The position numbers and the translations under genes are program-made. Positions 21,946 to 32,458 of a stretch of DNA of 64,000 nucleotides are shown here, piece after piece. Positions within the stretch are counted from its first letter, which is position 1; each line of letters begins with the position of its first letter. The notes under the pieces are model-generated. The model did not search any database and was not told the DNA's origin. It saw only the letters and a program-made list of their open reading frames with translations. Source of the DNA: Smithellaceae bacterium (GTDB taxonomy: Bacteria > Desulfobacterota > Syntrophia > Syntrophales > Smithellaceae); NCBI GenBank assembly GCA_963667845.2, contig CAXXVL010000001.1, positions 971,744-1,035,743 of the forward strand. The letters are read 5' to 3'.

Positions 21946-24243
21946 TTATTTGATGCAGACCCTGCGAACTTGAATGAAATCTGTGAAGCCTTTAAGCGAT
22001 TTGATGATGCCGTCCTGAAGAAGCGTGGTCATGCCCTCTGACATGGCCTTGTTCCTGAGGACTTCAACCGTTTCATGTTTTTGCACCATCCGTTTGATAC
22101 CGTCGGAAGCCACAACAAGTTCGTGAATGCCCATTCTGCCTTTGTAACCGGTCTTGTCACAAACGTCGCATCCCTTGGGACGAAACAATTTAAAGTCTTT
22201 ATTATAAGCAATGCCTAATTTCGCGAAATCTTCAGCACCGTAACTTTCTACGATTTCTTCAAATTCTTCCTTGGTGGGATGGTATTGTTCTTTGCAGTTT
22301 TTACATAACGTCCGGACAAGGCGCTGGGCTAGAATGCCCAGCAATGCGTCGGCAAAATTCAGCGGGTCAATACCCATGTCCAGCAATCGAACAATCGTTT
22401 CCGGTGCGCTGTTCGTATGCAGGGTGCTGAGAACCAGATGGCCCGTAAGCGATGCCTCGACGCCGATCTTGGCGGTTTCAAAGTCACGCATTTCGCCGAC
22501 CATGATGATGTCCGGATCGGCACGCAGGAATGATCGCATGGCAGCCGCAAAATCAAATCCGATTTTGGGCTGGACCTGAACCTGACGCAGCCCGTATTGC
22601 GTGATTTCTACCGGATCTTCGGCCGTCCAGATCTTGCGGTCCGGACGGTTGATGTGGTGCAGAGCCGCATGCAAAGTAGTGGTTTTACCTGAACCGGTCG
22701 GGCCGACGACCAGAATCATGCCGTAGGGCTTGGAGATTATTTTGAGCAGCTCATTATAATTGTGTTTTTCGATGCCCATATCGTTGAGCGGCATCGTTTC
22801 GCCTTTGGCCAGAAGCCGCATGACGACGTCTTCCACTCCACCCTGTGTTGGAATAGAAGCCACGCGCAGTTCTAATTCATCGCCGGAGCTCCGGCGGAAT
22901 TTAATTTTTCCATCCTGCGGCAGCCGTTTAACGGTGATATCCAGGTTGGACATGATCTTGATCCGGGAAATCAGCGCCGCGCGGTAACTGAAGGGAACCG
23001 TCTGATAAAGGGAACAATCGCCATCGACGCGGAAGCGGATTTCGACATTTTTTCTGCCGACGTTCGGTTCGACATGAATATCGGATGCCCGGCGGGCATA
23101 AGCGTCGTTAATGATTTTGTTGACGAGCTGCATGATCACGCTGTCGGATTCCGTGACCAGCTCCGAACCTTCTTCGTCGTCGAAGCCCCGGTCGTCATCG
23201 TCCAGTTTACCTAAAAGTTCGGTGAAAGAATGTTCGCCGTCCGTGGTGCGGAAAAAGAGATTAATGAATTTTAAAATATCATCGGGCAAGGCGACATCGT
23301 ACTTCACCTTTTTGGATTTCATGAGATTTTCAATGGCATCCCGTTTCAGGATATTGTTGGGATCGTCGACCAGTACGTGAATATAGCCGTCAATCGTTTC
23401 CAGCGGGACCCACAGCTCGCGGGAGAGATAATCCCGTTTCAGATTCCGGATTAAATCGCCGGGAATCACTGCTTTTTCATTGTAATCGACAAACCGGCAA
23501 CGGTAAAATTCTTCAAAGGAGTGCCCGATGTCGTCCTTGGAAATTCTATACTTGCGCATCAGGTACTGTTCCATGGTTTCTTTTTGTTCGCGCGCTTCTT
23601 CCCAGGCGGCATCCATTTCTTCATCTTTGACCAGGCCGCGCGTGATCAGGAAATCGAAACGGGTCTTACGGCGTCGGGAGAAGCGCTGCTGATTATAAAA
23701 GGCGACACCCAGAACCTCGGCAATTTCCATCGCCAGTCCGACTTCATCTTCGCTGAATTTACTGTCGCCTTTCTGCCTGTTGAGAATCTGGATAACGCCC
23801 ATGATCTGATCTTCGTAGAAGATCGGAGCGCAAAGAACCTGTCTGGACTTAAATCCGGATTTTTTATCCCAACTGGAATCGAACGTGAGTTCAAAATCGA
23901 TGGCTTTCAGCTCCGCCTGGTTGTAGGCGTCGCTGATATTAACAATATTATATGTATTGGCCACGTACCCGGCGATGCTTTGATTGCTGATCGGGACGCG
24001 GATTTCCTTAAGAAGTGACCCGGCGTGGAACATCGAATAGATTTCATTTTGGAGCTTGTCGACGACATAGATGGTGATTGAATCCGATTGAAATAAATTT
24101 AAAAAACCATCTTTAAGATCAACCAGGATTTGGGGAATGTTCTGCGCCGCATGGATGCGATTGGTTATGTCCTGCAGATTCTTCCGTATCCGCAGTTTCT
24201 CATCCATGTTGTTTGAGGAATCTGACTTAAGCTGAACGCTCAT
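21946..24243 (-). CDS. GspE/PilB-family secretion ATPase with N-terminal GAF domain
   Basis: GAF (SIAGYVA, DKKSGFKSRQVLCAP), ASDIHVEP, GPTGSGKTT, EDPVE, CxxC pairs; start set at ATG 24243 by RBS. Confidence 0.9.
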   Translation of the reverse strand: MSVQLKSDSSNNMDEKLRIRKNLQDITNRIHAAQNIPQILVDLKDGFLNLFQSDSITIYVVDKLQNEIYSMFHAGSLLKEIRVPISNQSIAGYVANTYNIVNISDAYNQAELKAIDFELTFDSSWDKKSGFKSRQVLCAPIFYEDQIMGVIQILNRQKGDSKFSEDEVGLAMEIAEVLGVAFYNQQRFSRRRKTRFDFLITRGLVKDEEMDAAWEEAREQKETMEQYLMRKYRISKDDIGHSFEEFYRCRFVDYNEKAVIPGDLIRNLKRDYLSRELWVPLETIDGYIHVLVDDPNNILKRDAIENLMKSKKVKYDVALPDDILKFINLFFRTTDGEHSFTELLGKLDDDDRGFDDEEGSELVTESDSVIMQLVNKIINDAYARRASDIHVEPNVGRKNVEIRFRVDGDCSLYQTVPFSYRAALISRIKIMSNLDITVKRLPQDGKIKFRRSSGDELELRVASIPTQGGVEDVVMRLLAKGETMPLNDMGIEKHNYNELLKIISKPYGMILVVGPTGSGKTTTLHAALHHINRPDRKIWTAEDPVEITQYGLRQVQVQPKIGFDFAAAMRSFLRADPDIIMVGEMRDFETAKIGVEASLTGHLVLSTLHTNSAPETIVRLLDMGIDPLNFADALLGILAQRLVRTLCKNCKEQYHPTKEEFEEIVESYGAEDFAKLGIAYNKDFKLFRPKGCDVCDKTGYKGRMGIHELVVASDGIKRMVQKHETVEVLRNKAMSEGMTTLLQDGIIKSLKGFTDFIQVRRVCIK

Positions 24244-24378
24244 CAGGCAACTTTCTCCATCCTCTCGGCATAATGAAATGTTCCGGTATCTTAGCAAGCG
24301 CCGAGGGGAATGTCAATCGATCAGATACCGGCGTTATGTGCCTGAGAAATTTAGGATATTGACCCAGGCGTCCAGGCC

Positions 24379-26451
24379 TCAGCCGGCGGTCACAATTTTT
24401 GAAAAATCGGCAATTTTATGGAACAGCGCCGATATCTCGGACAAAAGAGACAGGCGGTTATAACGGATCTTTTCATCTTTATCCATGACCATGACGTTGT
24501 CAAAAAAGGCATCCACGGGCGGACGCAGACCGGCGAGTTTGTTCAGGGCGATATTGAAATCTTTCTCGGCAATGCCCTTTTCGACGCGCAATTTGATATT
24601 TTCCAGTGACGAAAAAAGTTTGATTTCCGCATCATGGGCCAGCAGGTTGACATCCACCTGTCCTTCGCGGAAGTCTTTCAAAATATTATCCACCCGCTTG
24701 AAAGCGACTGAAATCGGCTCGAATTCCGGATTCTGCCGGAACACCTGCAGAGCTTGAATCTTCTCAATAACCGAGACGAGGTCGTCAATGTCCGTTGATA
24801 GAACCGCATCCACAGTGTCGTACGCATAACCCTGGCTGATCAGCTGATTTTGCAGGCGGCCCCTGAAGAAGTCCAGAACGTCTTTCTTAATCTCCTCGGA
24901 CGGTCTCTTCAGGACATCTTTCAGAGAGGCCAGGCACTCATCGATTAAGAAACTTAAACTGAGCGCATACTGCCGCGATAAAATGATGTTGATTATGCCC
25001 AGTGCCTGACGTCTCAGAGCATAGGGATCGGCCGTCCCGGTCGGCGGCATTCCCACGGCAAAGAAGCCGACGATAGTGTCTATTTTATCGGCAATACCGA
25101 CAATGGCGCCTTCATCCGACTCCGGTAAATCACCGCCGGCGACAATCGGCAAATAATGTTCATAAATGGCATTGGCGATTTCAGGCTTCTCGCCCGCAAT
25201 CAACGCATATTCGCGCCCCATAATGCCCTGGAGTTCCGAGAACTCGCAGACCATGAGGGATTCCAGATCGGCTTTGGCCAGAAGCGCCGCCCGGTCGACG
25301 TTCTTTTTCGCGGACGGTCTTACTTTGGCGGCGATCTTGACCGCCAATTTGCGGAAGCGCATCACTTTTTTGTGCGACGTTCCCAAAAGCGTATGAAAGA
25401 CGACTTTCTTCAGTGACTCGACCCGGTCTTCCAGCGGAACTTTTTTGTCTTCTTCAAAAAAGAACGACGCATCGGCCAGGCGGGCCCGAAGCACGCGCTC
25501 ATTGCCTTTGGCCACCACATCAAGATTGCGGGCGCGGGTGTTGCTGACTGCGATAAAATAGGGCAGAAGTCTTCCTTCAGGATTAACGACAGGGAAGTAT
25601 TTCTGATGCGAGATCATCGTGGTTGTAAGAACTTCTTTAGGAATCTTTAAATAATCTTCATCGAAGTCGCCGCGCACAATCACGGGATATTCCACGATGA
25701 AGCTGACGGTATCCAAAAGGTCTTCCGTGTAATAGAGTTTGCCGCCAACTTCGGCTGCCGCTTTTTCGGCTTCCTCCAAAATAAATTTCTTTCGTTCCGC
25801 CGGATCAGCGATAACAAAGTTTTCTCTGGTTTTGGAGAGATAATCCTCAAATCCTGAAACGACAAAGGGTTCCGCACTCATGAAGCGATGTCCGCGGGAC
25901 AGGTTGCCGCTTTCGATATTTTCAATCTTCAAGGGAACAATTTTACCGGCATAGAGCGCCAGAATCCAATGCACCGGACGAGCGAAACGCAAATCATAGT
26001 CTCCCCAGCGCATGGATTTCCGAAAAGGGATAGCTAAAAGAAAGCCCGTCAGGATCTCCGGCAGAAGGTCCGTCGTCGGCTGTCCGGCGATGGTCTTGCG
26101 AGCTCCCAGGTATTCGCCCTTCTCGGTAACGATTGTTTCCAGTTGCGAGACTTCCATTCCCTGGCCCCGCGCAAACCCCAATGCGGCTTTTGTCGGCTGT
26201 CCGTTTTCATCGAAGGCGGCTTTTTTGGCAGGTCCCATCTTTTCGATCGTCTGATCTTCCTGTTTGGGAAAGACATCCGCGATGTAAAGGACCAGACGGC
26301 GCGGCGTTGCCAGACATTTGACTCCGGTAAAGCCAATGCGCTTTTCCGTCAACGATTTGCTGATGATGTCTTTCATATCCACTACGGCTTTAGACAAAAA
26401 AGCGGCTGGGATTTCTTCAGTGCCAATTTCAAAAAGCAGTTCGTTACTCAT
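24379..26451 (-). CDS. glyS: Glycine-tRNA ligase beta subunit
   Basis: LLFEIGTEEIP, TPRRL, KSMRWG, FARPVHW, DPYALRR. Confidence 0.96.
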   Translation of the reverse strand: MSNELLFEIGTEEIPAAFLSKAVVDMKDIISKSLTEKRIGFTGVKCLATPRRLVLYIADVFPKQEDQTIEKMGPAKKAAFDENGQPTKAALGFARGQGMEVSQLETIVTEKGEYLGARKTIAGQPTTDLLPEILTGFLLAIPFRKSMRWGDYDLRFARPVHWILALYAGKIVPLKIENIESGNLSRGHRFMSAEPFVVSGFEDYLSKTRENFVIADPAERKKFILEEAEKAAAEVGGKLYYTEDLLDTVSFIVEYPVIVRGDFDEDYLKIPKEVLTTTMISHQKYFPVVNPEGRLLPYFIAVSNTRARNLDVVAKGNERVLRARLADASFFFEEDKKVPLEDRVESLKKVVFHTLLGTSHKKVMRFRKLAVKIAAKVRPSAKKNVDRAALLAKADLESLMVCEFSELQGIMGREYALIAGEKPEIANAIYEHYLPIVAGGDLPESDEGAIVGIADKIDTIVGFFAVGMPPTGTADPYALRRQALGIINIILSRQYALSLSFLIDECLASLKDVLKRPSEEIKKDVLDFFRGRLQNQLISQGYAYDTVDAVLSTDIDDLVSVIEKIQALQVFRQNPEFEPISVAFKRVDNILKDFREGQVDVNLLAHDAEIKLFSSLENIKLRVEKGIAEKDFNIALNKLAGLRPPVDAFFDNVMVMDKDEKIRYNRLSLLSEISALFHKIADFSKIVTAG

Positions 26452-26470
26452 CGTATCTCCAGATAATCAG

Positions 26471-27343
26471 CTAATTATTCTTTAAAAGAGGGTATCCCAG
26501 TTCTTCGCGCTGTTTGAGGTAAAGTTCGGCGGAGAGTCGCGCCAGATTTCTAACCCGGCCGATGTAGCTTGTGCGCTCGGCTACGCTGATGGCGCCGCGC
26601 GCATTGAGCAGATTGAAGGCATGGGAACATTTCAGGCAGTAATCGTAAGCCGGCAGCGCCAGATTCTTTTCGGCAATGCGCAGCGCTTCCTCTTCGTAAG
26701 TGTCAAAGAGCTTGCGCAGCATCGGAATATCCGCCACTTCAAAGTTGTACGTGGAAAATTCCACCTCACCCTTGTGATGAACATCGCCGTATTTGATCTT
26801 GTCCGTCCACTGCAGATCGTAAACGTTGTTGATACCCTGAATGTACATGGCAATACGCTCCGTTCCGTAAGTCAGCTCGGCGCATACCGGATGCAAATCG
26901 AATCCGCCCACTTGCTGAAAATAAGTGAACTGCGAGATTTCCATGCCGTCGAGCCATACTTCCCAGCCCAACCCCCAGGCGCCCAATGTCGGGGATTCCC
27001 AGTCGTCCTCTACAAAACGGATATCGTGTTCCAGCGGATCGATGCCGAAGCTTTTAAGCGAGTTGAGATACAGTTCCTGGATATTCATCGGAGACGGTTT
27101 CATGATCACCTGATACTGGTAATAGTGCTGAAGACGGTTGGGGTTTTCTCCGTAACGACCGTCCGTCGGTCGCCGGGAAGGCTGTACGTAGGCTACGTTC
27201 CAGGGTTCCGGTCCCAGCGCACGCAGGCAGGTTGCGGGGTGAAATGTTCCCGCACCGACTTCCATATCATAAGGTTGCTGGATGACGCAGCCCTGAGAGT
27301 GCCAGTATTGTTCGAGCGCGAATATTAATTCCTGAAATGTCAC
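26471..27343 (-). CDS. glyQ: Glycine-tRNA ligase alpha subunit
   Basis: [32 protein letters not shown] start at 27343 with AAGGAGG. Confidence 0.97.
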   Translation of the reverse strand: MTFQELIFALEQYWHSQGCVIQQPYDMEVGAGTFHPATCLRALGPEPWNVAYVQPSRRPTDGRYGENPNRLQHYYQYQVIMKPSPMNIQELYLNSLKSFGIDPLEHDIRFVEDDWESPTLGAWGLGWEVWLDGMEISQFTYFQQVGGFDLHPVCAELTYGTERIAMYIQGINNVYDLQWTDKIKYGDVHHKGEVEFSTYNFEVADIPMLRKLFDTYEEEALRIAEKNLALPAYDYCLKCSHAFNLLNARGAISVAERTSYIGRVRNLARLSAELYLKQREELGYPLLKNN

Positions 27344-27590
27344 GATATCCTCCTTGTGTATACCGGTGAAAAGCACAGACCGCGTAAGAATCCATGTCTT
27401 CAAATTTACAGGCGCTAACTACCACGAAAGGGTGATGGGGTCAATATCAAAGGGCAAAAGGCCCAAAGTGGCCCCGGCGTTGCACGGGGCAACGTGTTTT
27501 CCATTGACAGGGAGGGCTGTTTTTCTTAAGAATGGCCAAGCAGAATGATGCCTTCGTTTCACAAATCAACAAGTCGTTCAGGAGATAAGC

Positions 27591-28748
27591 ATGCTCAATT
27601 TCATGTTTCAGAATCCGACCAAGGTCATTTTTGGAAGAAACACTTTGGAGCTCATCCCAGGCGAGATTCCCCGAACAGCCAGAGTGATGGTGACGTATGG
27701 GTCGATGAGCGCCAGGAGGTATGGCGTGCTGGATGAGGTCAAAACCGCTCTGGAGGGGTATGATCTTGTCGAATTCGGAGGCATCGACCCGAATCCCGAA
27801 TACGAGACACTCCTCAAGGGAATATCCCTGATCCGAGAAAAACGGGTTGATTTTCTTCTGGCGATTGGCGGCGGTTCCGTCATCGACGGTACCAAGTTCA
27901 TGGCCGCCGCGGCACCCTTCACGGGCGCGCCGTTCCTGTTGCTGGAAAACGCCGGCAGCGCCATTACAGAATCTTTGCCCGTCGGTGCGGTCGCGACACT
28001 GCCGGCCAGTGGTTCGGAAATGAACAGCCGCGCAATTATTACGCGCAGAGCCACGATGATAAAACGAGGCATTATGAATCCGTTTTTATACCCGCGGTTT
28101 GCCGTGCTGGATCCGACGAAGACCTATACGCTGCCGGCCGGGCAGATCGGCAATGGCGTGGTCGATACGTTTGTTCATGTCCTGGAACAGTATATGACTT
28201 ATCCGGTTGCGGGTCACGTTCAGGATCGCTTGGCTGAAGGCCTGCTGTCTGTCTTGATCGAGGATGGACCCAGAGCGCTTAGTGACCCGGAAAATTACGA
28301 CGTCCGAGCCAACCTTATGTGGGCTGCAACCCTGGGACTGAACGGTCTCATCGGTGCGGGCGTTCCTCAGGACTGGTCGGCGCATCGGCTGGGATATGAG
28401 CTGACGGTTTTATATGGGTTGGATCACGCTCAGACGCTGGCGGCCCTGGTCCCGGCCATGCTTAAGGTTCGTCTTCAGGGTAAAAGGCAAAAACTATTGC
28501 AGTATGGCGAGCGTGTCTGGGGTATCATTTCGGGGACTGAATCATCGCGTCTGGAAGAAGCAATCGGCAGAACACGCGCATTTTTCGAAAGCATGGGCTT
28601 GCCGACACATTTAAGCGGTTACGGCCTGACGAATATTGATATTGAACAGGTCATGGAGCTGCTCCGGGCGCATGGCCTGACTCACATGGGTGAAAGCGGG
28701 GATGTCACGCCGGACATGGCGCGGGAAATACTGACGCTCTGTGCCTAG
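27591..28748 (+). CDS. Iron-containing alcohol dehydrogenase (YqhD/BdhA-like)
   Basis: GGGSVIDGTK, TLPASGSEMN, DTFVHVLEQY, DWSAH, GLDHAQTL. Confidence 0.92.
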   Translation: MLNFMFQNPTKVIFGRNTLELIPGEIPRTARVMVTYGSMSARRYGVLDEVKTALEGYDLVEFGGIDPNPEYETLLKGISLIREKRVDFLLAIGGGSVIDGTKFMAAAAPFTGAPFLLLENAGSAITESLPVGAVATLPASGSEMNSRAIITRRATMIKRGIMNPFLYPRFAVLDPTKTYTLPAGQIGNGVVDTFVHVLEQYMTYPVAGHVQDRLAEGLLSVLIEDGPRALSDPENYDVRANLMWAATLGLNGLIGAGVPQDWSAHRLGYELTVLYGLDHAQTLAALVPAMLKVRLQGKRQKLLQYGERVWGIISGTESSRLEEAIGRTRAFFESMGLPTHLSGYGLTNIDIEQVMELLRAHGLTHMGESGDVTPDMAREILTLCA

Positions 28749-28926
28749 CGGAAGAAACAGTGAATTTTCCGTTATTCCCGGACAGACCGCTTTTTAGTGA
28801 CGGCATTGCGCCGGAAATCGGAATTGTTGGTGTTCCGGTTACGACCGCCACTGGGATTGCGATAAGCAGGAGGCGCCCGTGCATTGGGTGTCGACGTCCA
28901 CTGTCACCCTATTTTGCTCACACCGG

Positions 28927-28987
28927 ATCAATCACCTCGCAGCAAGCTCAGGAGAATTAACGCTCGTCCCGCGTGAGCGGGATTAAA
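28927..28987 (-). repeat. Dispersed palindromic repeat, copy 1 (short)
   Basis: Reverse complement TTTAATCCCGCTCACGCGGGACGAGCGTTAATTCTCCTGAGCTTGCTGCGAGGTGATTGAT matches the copies at 35315 and 48505. Confidence 0.75.
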
Positions 28988-29110
28988 AATCCGCAGAATT
29001 TCATAACGTTCGAAAAACGCCCGATTCCGAGCGCGCAGGTCAATGATCATAGGACGGCGATTCCAAGATGATGACGTCGAACCTGCCTTGAATTTTATGA
29101 CCTGATAGTA

Positions 29111-29139
29111 TTGACATAACCTCTCTGATTGTTTATATA
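29111..29139 (+). promoter_or_regulatory. Putative sigma70 promoter of ompA-family gene
   Basis: TTGACA-17 nt-TATATA. Confidence 0.55.
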
Positions 29140-29268
29140 TCTACGTAAATGGTGCGTCCTTATTTTCAAATCTCACGGATGCGATGTTTAATTTAAAAGG
29201 GTAATTGATTTTGCGGGAAAGAAAATCAATTTTATCGAGATCTTAAACACAGGAGAAGGAGAGAGAAG

Positions 29269-30309
29269 ATGAAAAAAATTATTTCAGTATTTGTGATCCT
29301 GATGTTGGCGGCAATCGCCACCACGGGATTCGCGCAGGTGAAGGCGGGATCGGTTAACATTACACCCACAATAGGATTTTATAAATTTGAAGGCAATGAA
29401 GATATGGAGAGTTCTATTGCCCTCGGTCTGCGTGCCGGTTACTTTTTTACCAAATATATCGGCATTGAAGGCTACGCTCATTACGTGCCCACAAAGATCA
29501 ATGGTACGAGTGAAAATATTAAGTTTGTCGGCTATGGGATTGAAGGTATCGTCAACCTCCTGCCGAACGGCGCCTTCGTTCCTTTTCTGGCAGTTGGTGT
29601 CGGTGGCGCCCATTACAGCAACGCTTTTGAAGACACGACCGAAAATAAACGAAACAAAATCACTGCGGATTACGGTGCAGGCGTGAAGTATTTTCTGTCA
29701 GAGAACATTGCCCTGCGCGCTGATGTCCGCCATATCATTCCTTTCGATAGAACACACAACGATTTACTCGGTACGGTCGGTTTAACCTTTGCCTTTGGCG
29801 GCGCGAAAAAGGCTGTAGCGGCACCGGAACCTGCTCCCGCTCCGGAGCCCGTGGCTCCTGCCCCCGCACCGGTTGTTGTACCTCCGCCTCCGCCTCCGCC
29901 TCCGCCGGTTGTTGAGGAAGTCAAGAAACCGGCGGCTGCCGCTCCCGCAATTATCGAGAAGGGGCGAGTAACGCTGAATGTCTTATTTGATACCAACAAA
30001 GCTGTCATCAAGAAGAATTCCTTCAGGGAAGTGGATAACCTGATCACCGTCATGAAAGATTATCCTGAACTTAACGTGACGATCGAAGGCCATACGGACA
30101 ATGTGGGTAGCGCAGCCTCCAATAAAAAGCTGTCCCAGAGACGCGCGGACGCGGTCAAGAAATACATGGTCAGCAAGGGTATTGATGCCCAACGGCTGAA
30201 TGCCGTCGGCTTCGGTTTGGAGAAGCCCATTGCATCCAATGCTACAAAAGAAGGACGAGCGAAGAACCGTCGCGTGGAAGCGGCTGCTGATTATGTCTTT
30301 AAGAAGTAA
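29269..30309 (+). CDS. OmpA-family outer membrane protein (beta-barrel, Pro-rich linker, peptidoglycan-binding domain)
   Basis: Signal peptide, PAPAP/PPPP linker, IEGHTD..GS...NKKLSQRRA, NRRVE. Confidence 0.93.
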   Translation: MKKIISVFVILMLAAIATTGFAQVKAGSVNITPTIGFYKFEGNEDMESSIALGLRAGYFFTKYIGIEGYAHYVPTKINGTSENIKFVGYGIEGIVNLLPNGAFVPFLAVGVGGAHYSNAFEDTTENKRNKITADYGAGVKYFLSENIALRADVRHIIPFDRTHNDLLGTVGLTFAFGGAKKAVAAPEPAPAPEPVAPAPAPVVVPPPPPPPPPVVEEVKKPAAAAPAIIEKGRVTLNVLFDTNKAVIKKNSFREVDNLITVMKDYPELNVTIEGHTDNVGSAASNKKLSQRRADAVKKYMVSKGIDAQRLNAVGFGLEKPIASNATKEGRAKNRRVEAAADYVFKK

Positions 30310-30357
30310 GATCTTATAGGTCATCAGTCTATTAGACTGTAGGCTGTATAGGTCGTT

Positions 30358-30395
30358 AAAAAAGCCCCCGCGGCGATGCTGCGGGGGCTTTTTAT
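30358..30395. terminator. Bidirectional intrinsic terminator
   Basis: A6-GCCCCCGCGGC-GAT-GCTGCGGGGGC-T5 between convergent genes. Confidence 0.85.
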
Positions 30396-30447
30396 TCTAT
30401 GCGCAGGAGACCCGGGCGTGTTCGCTAATGGTCTATCGTCTATGAGC

Positions 30448-31674
30448 CTATTTACGCGTCTGCTTCGTGGCTTTGCGCAGAAGGGCTCCCTTTGGTGCAA
30501 TGAAAGGAAGGGAGAGATAGATTTGCTGGCCGGCATGAGCCTGATCAATCGCGTTTCCGCCGTCTGCCGCCATGCTTCGCGTATCGATTGCGACAGTTTT
30601 ATCGGGCAGCAGCAACTCTACGCTGTCCCCGGCGCGCAGGTGGTTGCGAACTTCGATTCGCACCTGCTCGCGGATATTGTCGTAATCCAGAACAATGCCG
30701 GCCGGTTCATGGGTTTGAATATTCTTGACGTCCGGACTGGTTTCGCAAATCTTTTCCGTGCTGAAAGCAAAGCCCGTCGTATAGCCGCGGTATGAAACTG
30801 TCTTGAGTTCAGCGAGCCACTGAGGGTCATAGCCATTGCGTTCATTCTGATCGGCCGGCGTGTCCAGCGCCCAACGATACGCACGTGTGACCACGGCAAC
30901 GTAGTATGACGATTTCATCCTGCCTTCGATTTTGACGCTTTTAACGCCTGTGGCGAGCACTTCCGGCAGATATTCAATCAGGCACAGATCTTTTGAGCTC
31001 AGCAGATATGTGAATCGTTCATCGTCCTGTAAAATCAGCGGGTCCGACAGGCGCGTCGCTTCAGTCAAAAGGTATTCCCAGCGGCACGGCTGGGAGCAGT
31101 CACCCTGGTTGGCACTTCTGCGATTCCGAAAAGCCGATAGATAGCACCGACCCGAATACGCCATGCACATGGCGCCGTGGATAAATATTTCCAATTCCAT
31201 CTCCGGGACTGCTGCTGCGATTTCTCCGACGTCCTGTAAATTCAGTTCCCGCGCCAGAATAATCCGCTGTACGCCCTGATCCTTCCAGAAACGTACCGCT
31301 TCGGCATTCGTTGTGTTGGCCTGTGTGCTCAAATGCAACGGGATTTGCGGATGAGAGCGGCGAATGATCCGAATGAGGCCCGGATCACTTACAATCAGTG
31401 CGTCCACACCCGCCGTCATTAATTCCGGAATGGTCTTCTCCACAATTTCGAGATCGGCGTTGCGGGCAAATGTGTTGAGGGCGGCATAAACCTTGGCGCC
31501 ACGGGCGTGGGCATCCGTCACGCCTGTGGCCAGATCCGCTATCGACATTTCGGCGGATGATGAGCGCAGGCTCAGTCCGGGGACGCCGACATAGACGGCA
31601 TCGGCTCCATAAAGCAACGCTGTGCGCAATTTTTCCAGGTTTCCGGCGGGAATCAATAGCTCGGGTTTTTGCAT
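30448..31674 (-). CDS. U32-family protein (TrhP-like tRNA hydroxylation family)
   Basis: PELLIPAG, HLSTQAN, HGAMCMAYSGRC, CSQPCR, KIEGRMKS. Confidence 0.9.
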   Translation of the reverse strand: MQKPELLIPAGNLEKLRTALLYGADAVYVGVPGLSLRSSSAEMSIADLATGVTDAHARGAKVYAALNTFARNADLEIVEKTIPELMTAGVDALIVSDPGLIRIIRRSHPQIPLHLSTQANTTNAEAVRFWKDQGVQRIILARELNLQDVGEIAAAVPEMELEIFIHGAMCMAYSGRCYLSAFRNRRSANQGDCSQPCRWEYLLTEATRLSDPLILQDDERFTYLLSSKDLCLIEYLPEVLATGVKSVKIEGRMKSSYYVAVVTRAYRWALDTPADQNERNGYDPQWLAELKTVSYRGYTTGFAFSTEKICETSPDVKNIQTHEPAGIVLDYDNIREQVRIEVRNHLRAGDSVELLLPDKTVAIDTRSMAADGGNAIDQAHAGQQIYLSLPFIAPKGALLRKATKQTRK

Positions 31675-31684
31675 ATGAACTTTC

Positions 31685-32458
31685 TTATGGACAGTACCTG
31701 CGCACCTGCTCCATGACTTTCAGGGATTTGACTTCCTTTCCCAGCACGTAAGTAATGAAATCACAGAGGATACTGCGGGATTCGGAAGCGAGGTGTTCTG
31801 AAAGACAAACCATTTTTATTTTATCGAGAGCCATGTCTTTCCCCATGAGCAGCGTGCGGACCGTTCCTGCGGAGATACTCTGATCATATCTTTCCGGCCG
31901 GGCGCATGATGCGCAAAAAATACCGCCCTCTTTAGGATAAAAATAGTAAGAGGCCCCGTTGGTCACGGGCGTTTTACAACGGACGCAGGCCGCAAGCGCC
32001 GGTTCGAACCCGGAAATTTTTAAAAGACGCATTTCGAAAAAACGAACGGCGGCATCTGTGACATTTTCCCGTGTCAGCAGCGACAGGAAGTCCGCAAGCA
32101 GTGTAAAAAGGCTTTCACTGGATTTTCCTTCCGGACTGAAATGATCGGCCAGATCGATGAAGTAGGAGGCGGCAAGCGTCTTTTCCAGGTCCTGTCTGAT
32201 GGGCGCGTAGTGTTCGATGATGTCGCAGGCTTCAATGAAAGCCAGGGCGTCGCGGTGTTTCCTCGAAAAGATGATCTGAGTGAGCGAAAAGGGTTCAAAG
32301 ACATTGGCGAATCGTTTCTTGCTTCTTTTGGCTCCCTTGGCGATTCCCTGGATCTTGCCAAACTCACGGCTATAGAACGTGACGATTAAATCGGATTCTC
32401 CGTAGCTTATACTCTTCAGAACAAATCCTGAGGCTTTATGACTTTCCCGGGCGCTCAT
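31685..32458 (-). CDS. recO: DNA repair protein RecO
   Basis: YGESDLIV..GKI..IAKGAKRSKKRF, CxxC zinc finger; ATG 32458 overlaps the pyrC stop. Confidence 0.92.
   Translation of the reverse strand: MSARESHKASGFVLKSISYGESDLIVTFYSREFGKIQGIAKGAKRSKKRFANVFEPFSLTQIIFSRKHRDALAFIEACDIIEHYAPIRQDLEKTLAASYFIDLADHFSPEGKSSESLFTLLADFLSLLTRENVTDAAVRFFEMRLLKISGFEPALAACVRCKTPVTNGASYYFYPKEGGIFCASCARPERYDQSISAGTVRTLLMGKDMALDKIKMVCLSEHLASESRSILCDFITYVLGKEVKSLKVMEQVRRYCP

Noticed and set aside
21776..22041. Short ORF with good RBS ending in TGA (possible selenocysteine readthrough) and overlapping 77-aa ORF
   Set aside because: Readthrough gives no recognisable protein or SECIS; the 77-aa ORF overlaps the PilB 3' end; at most a gene remnant
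29881..29907. CCTCCG tandem repeat as a phase-variation tract
   Set aside because: In-frame hexamer encoding the ordinary polyproline linker of the OmpA-family protein
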